A program made the translations under genes and the position numbers. The notes below the pieces were generated by a model, which saw only the letters and a list, made by a program, of their open reading frames with translations, was not told where the DNA came from and made no database searches. DNA of 32,000 nt from Rhodobacter capsulatus SB 1003 (lineage in GTDB: Bacteria > Pseudomonadota > Alphaproteobacteria > Rhodobacterales > Rhodobacteraceae). The stretch lies in NCBI RefSeq assembly GCF_000021865.1, contig NC_014034.1, positions 2,700,001 to 2,732,000 on the forward strand, written 5' to 3'. Below, in pieces: positions 24,036 to 32,000 of the stretch; positions within the stretch are counted from its first letter, which is position 1, and every line of letters starts with the position of its first letter.

Positions 24036-24899
24036 TCAATGGCGGTGGGTGGCGGCGATTTCGTCGGCGTGACGCAGTTCCAGCACGGTCTTGACCAGAA
24101 GCGTGACCAGCGCGAGCGCGGTCAGCAGCCCGGCCAGCGAAAACGCCGCGACCGAGAGATATTCGTTGTAAAGCATCTCGATGGTGATCGGCATCGTCGC
24201 GGTCTGGCCGCGGATCTTGCCCGAAACGACGGCAACGGCGCCGAATTCCCCCATCGCGCGGGCGTTGCACAAAAGCACGCCGTAAAGCAGCGCCCAGCGG
24301 ATCTTCGGCAGCGTCACCGTGGTGAAGACCCGCCAGCCAGAGGCGCCCAGCGTCAGCGCGGCCTCTTCCTCCTGACAGCCCTGCTCAATCATCACCGGGA
24401 TCAGCTCGCGCGCGACAAAGGGGAAGGTGACGAACATCGTTGCCAGAACGATCCCCGGCAGGGCGAAGACAATCGGGAAGCCCTGCGCGACGAGCCAGCC
24501 GCCAAGCGCGGAATTCGCCCCGAACATCAAGACGATGCACAGCCCCGCCACGACCGGGGACACCGAAAACGGCAGGTCGATCAGGGTGATCAGAAAGGCC
24601 TTGCCCCGAAAGTCGAAGCGGGTGATGAACCAGGCCGCGGCAATGCCGAAAGCGGCATTGAGCGGCACCGACAGCGCGGCAATCGTCAGCGTCAGCCGGA
24701 TCGCGGAGAGCGCATCGGGGTTGCCCAGGCTTTTGAGCGCGGCAAACCAGCCCTTGGCCAGCGCCTCGACAAAGACGATCAGCAGCGGGGCGGCGACCAG
24801 AAGCGCCATCCCGGCGACGGCGGTCAGGATCAGAACGCCCCGCACCAGCGGCGTTTCATCGGTGGCGGATCGCCAGTTGCGTTCGGCAGCGTCAGACAT
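24036..24899 (-). CDS. cysW: Sulfate ABC transporter permease CysW
   Basis: Second permease of a cysT-W-A string. ATG at 24899 is 6 nt after GGAGGA and overlaps the cysT stop. The ORF track's start at 24905 is a TTG. Confidence 0.85.
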   Translation of the reverse strand: MSDAAERNWRSATDETPLVRGVLILTAVAGMALLVAAPLLIVFVEALAKGWFAALKSLGNPDALSAIRLTLTIAALSVPLNAAFGIAAAWFITRFDFRGKAFLITLIDLPFSVSPVVAGLCIVLMFGANSALGGWLVAQGFPIVFALPGIVLATMFVTFPFVARELIPVMIEQGCQEEEAALTLGASGWRVFTTVTLPKIRWALLYGVLLCNARAMGEFGAVAVVSGKIRGQTATMPITIEMLYNEYLSVAAFSLAGLLTALALVTLLVKTVLELRHADEIAATHRH

Positions 24900-25728
24900 C
24901 GCCAATCCTCCGGCGGCTCCAGATCTGGATCAGGTTGATCGACAGCAGCATCGCGAAGCTGATCGCCAGCATGGCAATGCCGATGGCGGCGGCGCCGTCA
25001 TAGTTGAATTCCTCGAGCTGGATCACGATCAGAAGCGGGGCGATCTCGGTTTTCAGCGGGATGTTTCCGGCGATGAAGATGACCGAACCATATTCGCCCA
25101 CCGCCCGCGCCAAGGACAGCGCAAAGCCGGTCAGCGCGGCGGGCAGCAGCATCGGCGCGATCACCCGGCGCAGCGTGGTGAAGCGCGTCGCCCCCAGCGT
25201 CGCCGAGGCCTCTTCGACCTCGCGGTCGATCTCCTCGATCACCGGCTGCACGGTGCGGGTGACGAAAGGCAGGCCGACGAAGATCAGCGCGATGAAAATC
25301 CCCCCTTGCGTATAGGCGATCTTCAGCCCGAACTCTTTCGCCAGGGCGCCAAAGGCCCCGTTCGGCGCATAAAGCGCGGTCAGCGCGATGCCCGCGACGG
25401 CGGTCGGCAGCGCAAAGGGCAGATCGACGGCGGCATCGACCAGACGGCGGCCGGGGAAATCATAGCGCACCAGCACCCAGGCAAGGGCGACGCCGAAGAC
25501 CAGGTTGAACAAGGCCGCAAGGAACGACAGCCGGAACGACAGCTCCAGCGCCGCCCAGACCCGCTCGCGGTTCACCGTGGCCCAGATGCCCTCCAGCCCG
25601 TAGCTGGCGCCCTGCGCCAAAAGCGCGCCGATCGGGCCCAGCACCACCAGCGACAGCATCGTCAGCGTGATCCCCATCGAGAGCCCCAGCCCCGGCATCG
25701 GCGAGCGGTTGATCAGCAGGCCCGGCAT
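24892..25728 (-). CDS. cysT: Sulfate ABC transporter permease CysT
   Basis: First permease of the string. ATG at 25728 is 8 nt after GGAAGGAAGG. The ORF track's start at 25737 is a GTG that abuts the RBS. Confidence 0.85.
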   Translation of the reverse strand: MPGLLINRSPMPGLGLSMGITLTMLSLVVLGPIGALLAQGASYGLEGIWATVNRERVWAALELSFRLSFLAALFNLVFGVALAWVLVRYDFPGRRLVDAAVDLPFALPTAVAGIALTALYAPNGAFGALAKEFGLKIAYTQGGIFIALIFVGLPFVTRTVQPVIEEIDREVEEASATLGATRFTTLRRVIAPMLLPAALTGFALSLARAVGEYGSVIFIAGNIPLKTEIAPLLIVIQLEEFNYDGAAAIGIAMLAISFAMLLSINLIQIWSRRRIGDV

Positions 25729-25876
25729 GGCGAACACCTTCCTTCCGTGAGCTTCGTCATTTCCAAAATATCCACTGTGTCAGTCGAGATTGAAAGGGAT
25801 AAATCTCGCCATTCTTGGTCGTGAATATAGAATTTTATTCCCCCCCCCCACTCCCCCGTGCCGGGGCGCCAGACGA

Positions 25877-25904
25877 AAAGGCCCCGCCGGGGGGCGGGGC
25901 CTTT
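25877..25904 (-). terminator. Rho-independent terminator after cysK
   Basis: Minus strand: AAAGGCCCCGCC-cccc-GGCGGGGCCTTTT, about 20 nt after the cysK stop. Confidence 0.8.
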
Positions 25905-25924
25905 GAAAGACGCGGGGAAACCGA

Positions 25925-26899
25925 TCAGGCCGGGGCGCCGGTTCCGTCAAAGACACCCTCGAACAGCACCGAGGACAGGTAGCGTTCCCCAGAGTCGGGC
26001 AGGATCACCACGATGGTCTTGCCCGCATTTTCGGGCCGCGCCGCCAGCCGCAGCGCCGCCGCCGTGGCCGCGCCGCCGGAAATCCCGGCCAGAATGCCTT
26101 CCTCGCGCGCCAGCCGCAGCGCCACCGCCACCGCCTCCTCGTTCGAGACCTGCTCGATCGCATCGACAAGATCCAGATCCAGCACCTCGGGCACGAAACC
26201 GGCGCCGATGCCCTGGATCTTGTGCGGCCCGGGCTTGACCGGCTCGCCCGCGCGGGTCTGGCTCAGCACCGGGCTGGCCGCAGGCTCGACCGCGACCGAG
26301 GTGATCGCCTTGCCCAAGCCTTTCTTGAAATAGCGGCTGACGCCGGTGATCGTGCCGCCGGTGCCGACGCCCGCAACGAAAATGTCGATCTTGCCGCCGG
26401 TCGCGGCCTCGATCTCGGGGCCGGTGGTGCGTTCGTGGATGGCCGGGTTGGCCGGGTTCCGGAACTGCTGCAAAAGCACGTATTTCGGGTCCGAAGCCGC
26501 GATGTCCTCGGCCTTGGCGATGGCGCCCGCCATGCCCTTCGCCGCCTCGGTCAGCACCAGTTTCGCGCCATAAGCCAGAAGCAGCTTGCGCCGTTCCAGG
26601 CTCATCGTTTCGGGCATGGTGAGGGTGATCGGAATCCCGCGCGCGGCGGCGACGAAGGCCAGCGCGATCCCGGTATTGCCCGAGGTCGGCTCGACGATTT
26701 CCTTGCCGGGTGTCAGGATACCGCGTTCCTCGGCGTCCCAGATCAGCGCCGCGCCGATCCGGCATTTGACCGAGCCCGCCGGATTGCGCGCCTCGATCTT
26801 GGCCAGAACGGTGGCGCCCAGCCCCTGCCCCAGCCGCCCCAGCTTCACCAGCGGCGTGCCACCGATCGAAGCCGAATTGTCTTCGAAAACCGTCGTCAT
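25925..26899 (-). CDS. cysK: Cysteine synthase A (O-acetylserine sulfhydrylase)
   Basis: IGGTPLVKL...[11 protein letters not shown] (PLP lysine), TSGNTG loop and [10 protein letters not shown]. Length 324 aa. ATG at 26899 behind GGGGAGAAG. Confidence 0.93.
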   Translation of the reverse strand: MTTVFEDNSASIGGTPLVKLGRLGQGLGATVLAKIEARNPAGSVKCRIGAALIWDAEERGILTPGKEIVEPTSGNTGIALAFVAAARGIPITLTMPETMSLERRKLLLAYGAKLVLTEAAKGMAGAIAKAEDIAASDPKYVLLQQFRNPANPAIHERTTGPEIEAATGGKIDIFVAGVGTGGTITGVSRYFKKGLGKAITSVAVEPAASPVLSQTRAGEPVKPGPHKIQGIGAGFVPEVLDLDLVDAIEQVSNEEAVAVALRLAREEGILAGISGGAATAAALRLAARPENAGKTIVVILPDSGERYLSSVLFEGVFDGTGAPA

Positions 26900-27065
26900 C
26901 TGCTTCTCCCCGATAGGTTCTGCCCCTATCGAGCATGCCCGGCCGCGGTTGAAAAGGGGCTAAAACCCGCCTTCCTGAAAGCGGTCTAACTTTGGGAGAA
27001 TGGTGTTTTGGCCCCGGCCGGAAAAAGCACAAAATTCTGTTTCGCAGCACAGGCACAGGGGAAAT

Positions 27066-27086
27066 CCGGGCCGAAAACCGGCCCGG
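27066..27086 (-). terminator. Terminator downstream of the trpB-like gene
   Basis: Minus strand: CCGGGCCG-gtttt-CGGCCCGG followed by ATTT. Confidence 0.6.
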
Positions 27087-27187
27087 ACCGCCGTTCAGAG
27101 AATAAAATCCGCAAACCCGCCCCGGGCCAGGCCCGGGATTCGCCCCGGAGGCGGCGCGCCGGGATCAGGCCCCGGCGCGCGGCGGCG

Positions 27188-28396
27188 TTACAGATCGGTG
27201 CCGAAGCCGTAGGTCTGGGTGACGTAGTCGATGTCCTTGTCGCCCCGGCCCGACAGGTTGATCAGGATCGACCGGCCCGGATTGGCCGCCGCCTCGCGCA
27301 TCGCAAAGGCCACGGCATGCGCGCTTTCCAGCGCGGGAATGATCCCCTCGTGCCGCGACAGCGCGTAAAAGGCCTTCAGCGCCTCCTTGTCATCGGCGGT
27401 GGTGTAATGCACCCGGCCGATCTTGTGCAGATGCGCATGTTCCGGGCCGACGCCGGGATAATCCAGCCCCGAGGCGACGGTGTGCACCGGCGCGGGCTCG
27501 CCGTTGGCGTCCTTCAGCACAAGGGTGCGGAAGCCGTGGATGTCGCCATCCTCGCCAAAGGAAATCGTCGCCGCGTGATCGCCGAGATTGGAGGAGGTGC
27601 CGAGCGGCTCGACCCCGTAAAGACCGACCGAAGCATCGTCGATGAAGCCCGAGAAGATCCCCATCGCATTCGAGCCGCCGCCGACGCAAGCCGCCACCAT
27701 GTCGGGCAATTCGCCCGTCATTTCAAGGAATTGCTCCCGCGCTTCCACGCCGATGACATGCTGGAAATCGCGCACCATCCGCGGGAAGGGATGCGGGCCG
27801 ACGACCGAGCCGATGGCGAAAAGCGCGGTATCGGCCTGGGCGATGTAGCTTTGGAAGCAGCTGTCCACCGCCTCCTTCAGCGAGCGCCCGCCAAAGGAGA
27901 CCGGCACCACCGTCGCGCCCAAAAGCTTCATCCGGGTGACGTTCGGCGCTTCCTTGGCGATGTCGATCTCGCCCATGTGGATTTCGCATTCCATGCCGAA
28001 ATAGGCCGCCGCCGTGGCCAGCGCCACCCCGTGCTGCCCCGCCCCGGTTTCGGCCATGAGCTTGGTCTTGCCCATGAATTTCGCCAGCAGGCCCTCGGCC
28101 ATGCAATGGTTGAGCTTATGCGCGCCGGTATGGTTGAGATCCTCGCGCTTGGCATAGATCTGTGCGCCGCCGCACAGCGCCGAGAGGTTCTTCAGATAGG
28201 AAACGGGCGTGGGCCGGCCCTGGAAATGCTTGCGGATCAGCCGCAGCTCGGCGATGAAATCGGCCGATTTCGAGATCTTCGCATAAGCCTCGCGGATCTC
28301 CTTGAAATGCGGCTCGAGCGGCGGCGGCAGCATCGCCCCGCCGTAGCTGCCAAACCAGCCGTCCTTGTCCGGTGTCGTCTTGAGATAGGATGTCAT
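27188..28396 (-). CDS. trpB: Tryptophan synthase beta-chain family PLP enzyme, stand-alone (no trpA nearby)
   Basis: [13 protein letters not shown] (PLP lysine), [33 protein letters not shown] and [11 protein letters not shown] at 28396 behind GGGAGGA gives 402 aa. The upstream extension in the ORF track is spurious. Confidence 0.85.
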   Translation of the reverse strand: MTSYLKTTPDKDGWFGSYGGAMLPPPLEPHFKEIREAYAKISKSADFIAELRLIRKHFQGRPTPVSYLKNLSALCGGAQIYAKREDLNHTGAHKLNHCMAEGLLAKFMGKTKLMAETGAGQHGVALATAAAYFGMECEIHMGEIDIAKEAPNVTRMKLLGATVVPVSFGGRSLKEAVDSCFQSYIAQADTALFAIGSVVGPHPFPRMVRDFQHVIGVEAREQFLEMTGELPDMVAACVGGGSNAMGIFSGFIDDASVGLYGVEPLGTSSNLGDHAATISFGEDGDIHGFRTLVLKDANGEPAPVHTVASGLDYPGVGPEHAHLHKIGRVHYTTADDKEALKAFYALSRHEGIIPALESAHAVAFAMREAAANPGRSILINLSGRGDKDIDYVTQTYGFGTDL

Positions 28397-28500
28397 CCTC
28401 GGTCCTCCCACGGTCTTTCCGCGCGGGATTTGACGCCGATCCGAGGCGAACGGCAAGGCGCGAAAGCGCCACAGTCGATTTCCGGTCCTGTCCCCCGCCC

Positions 28501-30465
28501 TCAACCGCTGCGGCGGGCGTCTCGGAGCAGAAAACGCGCAAAATCCGCGGCATCCATCGGGCTCGACCACAGATAGCCCTGCCCGACATCGACGCCCAGA
28601 TCGACCAGCATCGCGCGCTGATCGGCATCCTCCACCCCCTCGGCGACCGAGCGGATGCCCATGCCGCGGGCGATTTCGGCGATCGCGGCGACGATGGCGC
28701 GATCGGCGCGGCGAAAGCACAGACCGGCGATGAAACTGCGGTCGATCTTCAGCTCTGCCACCGGCACCTTCTTCAGATCGCCCAGCGAGGCATGGCCGGT
28801 GCCGAAATCATCGAGCGACAGCTCGTAGCCGCGGTCCGCCAGCGAATCGAGCAGGCTGATCGTCATGTCGGTGCCGCGCCCGACGAAACATCCCTCGGTG
28901 ATCTCGAGCAGCAGATCGCGGCCGTCGATGCCCGCCGCCTCGAACATGGCGATGGTGTCAAGCAGCAGCTCGGGCGATTTGATGTCGTCGGGATGGATGT
29001 TCAGCGCGATCTTGCCCGGCGCCAGCCCCGCGCCGCGCCAGCCCAGCAGATCGGCGGCCACGGTCTCGGCGATCCGGCGCGACAGATTCGGCAGAAGACC
29101 GCGTTCGGCGGCAATGGTCAGGAAACTGTCGGGGGCGATTTCCTCTCCGTCGGCGCGGCGCCAGCGCACCAGCGCCTCCGCCCCCAGCAGACGGCCGTCG
29201 CCCAGCGCGATCTTCGGCTGATACTGCACGTAAAGCTGCTCGCCCTCCAGCGCCTCGCGCAGCCCCGCCTCGATCCGGTCGCTCTCGATCACCCGCTTGC
29301 GCAGCTGTTCGTTGAACAGCAGGCATTGGCCGCGCCCGCTCTCCTTGGCGCGGTTCAGCGCCAGATCGGCCTTGAGCAGCAGTTCGACCGGATCGGCGCC
29401 ATCCTCGGGGCAGATCACCGCGCCGATCGAAGCGCCCGGATGCACCCGCCGCCCGGCCAGATGCGCGGGCGGCTCGAAGGCCGCCAGCAGGCGATCGGCG
29501 ATCGGGCGGATCTGCGCCGCGGCGCCGACCTCGGCCAGGATCACCGCGAATTCGTCGCCGCCCAGCCGCGCGATCACATCGCCCTCGGGCAGGTTGGCGC
29601 GCAGGCGGCGGGCGATTTCGGTCAGCAATTCATCGCCGAAGCCATGGCCGAACAGGTCGTTGACATTCTTGAACCGGTCGAGATCCATCAAGAGCAGCGC
29701 AAAGCCGTGTCCGCAGCCGCGCTGGCGGGCCACCGCCTCGGCCAGGCGGGCGTTGAAGGCCTTGCGGTTCAGCAGCCCGGTGGTGTCGTCGATATTGGCC
29801 AGGAGATAGTTTTCATCCCGGGCCTGGCGCAGGCTGTCGACGGCGCGCGACAGCGCCGCAAGGGAATCGTCGCGCTGCCGGGCGGTTTCGCCGGTGCGAT
29901 AGGAAAAATAGGCCAGAAAGGCCCCGTAAAGCAGCGCATAAAGCGTCACCGACCAGGCCTGCGGCCAGCCCCCCAGATGAAACGACACGATCACCGCCGC
30001 GAGGATCGTCGCCTGAAAGGCCACCGCGGCAACAAAGGCGCGGTGCAGCATGAAGACGCCCCCGGCCAGCATGCCGGAACAGACAAGCAGCACCACCAGA
30101 GGCTCCCCGATCTGATGCAGGCCGATCACATGCAAGGGCAGCACCGCCCAGGGCACGGCGAAAAGCACCGAGGTCAGGATCAGCCGCCGCGCCGCCCGCG
30201 CCGAGACCCGTTCGACCTGCCGCCCGGCCGCACGGCGCGACATCCGGCTGAACGCAAACCCCAACGCCAGGACCGACCCGAGCCAGATCGCCACGAAGGT
30301 GTGGTCATCCTGGCGCAGCGTTTCCAGCCCATAGATCATCGCGTTCAGCGCGGCCACCAAAGCCCCGACCGAGGTTCCCTGCACGACACTGGACACATCT
30401 TCCGGGCTGGGATGCTTGGTCAGCATCGCCCGGATCCGGGTCAACAGGAGCGGTATCAGAGCCAA
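28501..30465 (-). CDS. Membrane-anchored GGDEF-EAL c-di-GMP turnover protein
   Basis: About six N-terminal transmembrane helices. GGDEF domain (TGLLNRKAF ... [11 protein letters not shown]). EAL domain ([42 protein letters not shown]). The start is uncertain: TTG at 30465 or ATG at 30426. Confidence 0.88.
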   Translation of the reverse strand: MALIPLLLTRIRAMLTKHPSPEDVSSVVQGTSVGALVAALNAMIYGLETLRQDDHTFVAIWLGSVLALGFAFSRMSRRAAGRQVERVSARAARRLILTSVLFAVPWAVLPLHVIGLHQIGEPLVVLLVCSGMLAGGVFMLHRAFVAAVAFQATILAAVIVSFHLGGWPQAWSVTLYALLYGAFLAYFSYRTGETARQRDDSLAALSRAVDSLRQARDENYLLANIDDTTGLLNRKAFNARLAEAVARQRGCGHGFALLLMDLDRFKNVNDLFGHGFGDELLTEIARRLRANLPEGDVIARLGGDEFAVILAEVGAAAQIRPIADRLLAAFEPPAHLAGRRVHPGASIGAVICPEDGADPVELLLKADLALNRAKESGRGQCLLFNEQLRKRVIESDRIEAGLREALEGEQLYVQYQPKIALGDGRLLGAEALVRWRRADGEEIAPDSFLTIAAERGLLPNLSRRIAETVAADLLGWRGAGLAPGKIALNIHPDDIKSPELLLDTIAMFEAAGIDGRDLLLEITEGCFVGRGTDMTISLLDSLADRGYELSLDDFGTGHASLGDLKKVPVAELKIDRSFIAGLCFRRADRAIVAAIAEIARGMGIRSVAEGVEDADQRAMLVDLGVDVGQGYLWSSPMDAADFARFLLRDARRSG

Positions 30466-30569
30466 AACATCAGTCTTTCACAGGAGTCGCGGCCCCGATC
30501 ATGGCGGCAAATGGTAACCAGCCCCTGAAGACGGCCCGAAAAATCCCGCCCAAGGCGAAAACGCCCGCC

Positions 30570-32000
30570 TCAGCCCAGCGCGAGATCCTTGGCCCGCAGC
30601 CCGTCAGCTTCCAGAAACCCGGACATAAAATCCATGGCGGGCAGGGGCTTGGCGAAATGATAGCCCTGCCCCAGATCGCAGCCATGCTGGCGCAGCCAGA
30701 CCACCTGCGCGGGTGTGTCGATGCCCTCGGCGACGGTGCGCAGCCCCAGCGCCGCCGCCATCGCCAAAGTGGCGCGCACGATCGCATCCGAGGCGAAATC
30801 GCCCAGCGCGATGCGCGAGACGAAACTGCGGTCGATCTTCAATTCCTTCAGCTGCAGCTTTTGCAGATAGCTGAGCGAGGAATAGCCGGTGCCGAAATCA
30901 TCGGCCGAGAGCTCGAAGCCCGCAGCGAGCAGCGCCTCGATGCTCTCGCGCGCATCGGAATTCAGATCGACGACGGCGCCCTCGGTGATCTCGAACAGCA
31001 CATCCTCGGGGCCCAGACCCGCCGCCGCCAGATGCGCCAGCACCGCCTGCCCGAAGCGGACGCGACGCAGGCTCTCGGGCGAGAGGTTGATCGAGATGCA
31101 CAGCTGCTGGCCGCGCCCGCGCAGCGTCGCGACAAAGGCGCCCACCAGATCGATCATCAAAAGGTCGATGTCACGCACGAGCCCGGTCTTTTCCGCGATC
31201 GGCATGAAGATGTCGGGGCCGATCCCCGCCAGCGCCGGATCGGTGCAGCGCACCAGCGCCTCGGCCCCGGCCAGACTGCCGTGATCGAGCAGATTGATCT
31301 TCGGCTGCAGATAAAGCGCAAAGGCGCCGTCGCGGATCGCGCGTTGCAGCGATTGTCCGATCATCGCCTCCTGCGCCAGCCGGTCGCGCAGCTTCGGCGT
31401 GAAGGGCACGGCGCGGTTGCCGCCCAGCGCCTTGGCCTCGTACATCGCCAGATCGGCGTTCAGCCACATTTCCTCGGGGCTGTGCGCATCCATCGGAAAC
31501 AGGCTCATCCCCATCGAGGCGGACAGATACAGCGGCTGGCCGTCGATCTCGAAGGGTTCGGCGAAAGCCTGCGCCAGCGCCGCGGTCGCCGCCTCGGGTT
31601 CCTCGGCCAGACGGCCGCGGCTGAGAAAGGTGAATTCCTCGGCCCCGACCCGGGCCAGCAGCTGGTCGGGTTCGCGCAGCGCCTCGAGCCGTTCGGCGAC
31701 CTTGCAGATCACCCGGTCGCCCAGCTGCGGGCCGAAACGGTCCTTGATCTGCTGGAACTGGTCGATCGACAGGAAGACCTGCTGCAAGAGATCGCCCGCG
31801 GGGCGCGCGCGCAGCTGCGCCGGGCCGACCTGGGCGCGGAAGGATTCGCGATTGGGCAGCCCGGTCAGCGCATCATGCGTCGCGGCATGGCTGGCCTCCT
31901 CGGCGGCCTGGGCCAGACGCCGTTCGTCCATCAGCCTTTGCGTGATGTCGGAGACCGAACAGACCACCTGCACCGGCCCGCCGCGCGATTCCATCGGCGC
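30570..32000 (-). CDS. PAS-GGDEF(degenerate)-EAL protein, N-terminus beyond the window
   Basis: The frame is open to the window edge. The tail of a PAS domain is followed by ALTGLPNRESF ... RVGAEEFTFL (GGDEF degenerated to GAEEF). The EAL domain looks intact ([42 protein letters not shown]). Confidence 0.88.
   Translation of the reverse strand, partial: APMESRGGPVQVVCSVSDITQRLMDERRLAQAAEEASHAATHDALTGLPNRESFRAQVGPAQLRARPAGDLLQQVFLSIDQFQQIKDRFGPQLGDRVICKVAERLEALREPDQLLARVGAEEFTFLSRGRLAEEPEAATAALAQAFAEPFEIDGQPLYLSASMGMSLFPMDAHSPEEMWLNADLAMYEAKALGGNRAVPFTPKLRDRLAQEAMIGQSLQRAIRDGAFALYLQPKINLLDHGSLAGAEALVRCTDPALAGIGPDIFMPIAEKTGLVRDIDLLMIDLVGAFVATLRGRGQQLCISINLSPESLRRVRFGQAVLAHLAAAGLGPEDVLFEITEGAVVDLNSDARESIEALLAAGFELSADDFGTGYSSLSYLQKLQLKELKIDRSFVSRIALGDFASDAIVRATLAMAAALGLRTVAEGIDTPAQVVWLRQHGCDLGQGYHFAKPLPAMDFMSGFLEADGLRAKDLALG

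Noticed and set aside
25780-25812. A 10-codon minus-strand mini-ORF (MARFIPFNLD) in the cysT leader, considered as a possible attenuation leader peptide.
   Set aside because: It has no Cys or Met codons and no obvious alternative terminator and antiterminator structures. It coincides with the GAGATT/AATCTC inverted repeat, which is more likely an operator.

Overview
High-GC alphaproteobacterial chromosome. It is almost certainly the Rhodobacter capsulatus puc (LH2) region, because the PucB and PucA peptides and two TGT-N12-ACA CrtJ palindromes 241 bp apart are recognisable. Gene order from left to right: a 5'-truncated DEAD-box helicase, tdk, trxC and tRNA-Ala(CGC). Then a methyltransferase-like ORF that converges on a PAS-GGDEF-EAL gene. 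That gene is divergent from a 1071-aa protein with a seven-blade FG-GAP propeller and RTX repeats, a probable type I secretion substrate. A minus-strand block follows for reductive pyrimidine catabolism: preT-preA, an M20 carbamoyl-amidohydrolase, dihydropyrimidinase and a NitT/TauT-type ABC importer, interrupted by an orphan MqsA/HigA-like HTH gene. Next comes pucBAC plus a continuous pucD/pucE ORF. Last, all on the minus strand, are cysK, cysTWA (no binding-protein gene, short CysA), a stand-alone trpB-like gene, and two tandem GGDEF-EAL genes, the last running off the window. I found no rRNA, CRISPR array, transposase or integrase. The most interesting unexplained signal is a ~210-nt structured element in two copies (16607-16819 and 23090-23299). 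Each lies directly 3' of a minus-strand operon and keeps its hairpins through compensatory base changes. Other unexplained structure: a hairpin-plus-motif module found twice between cistrons, two 3x15-bp repeat arrays in the divergent spacer between the GGDEF-EAL and RTX genes, a RutR-box-like palindrome, and a GCGACA/11-bp repeat field upstream of puc. The many long ORFs antisense to real genes are GC-driven shadow ORFs. All comparisons were made by eye and no database search was possible.
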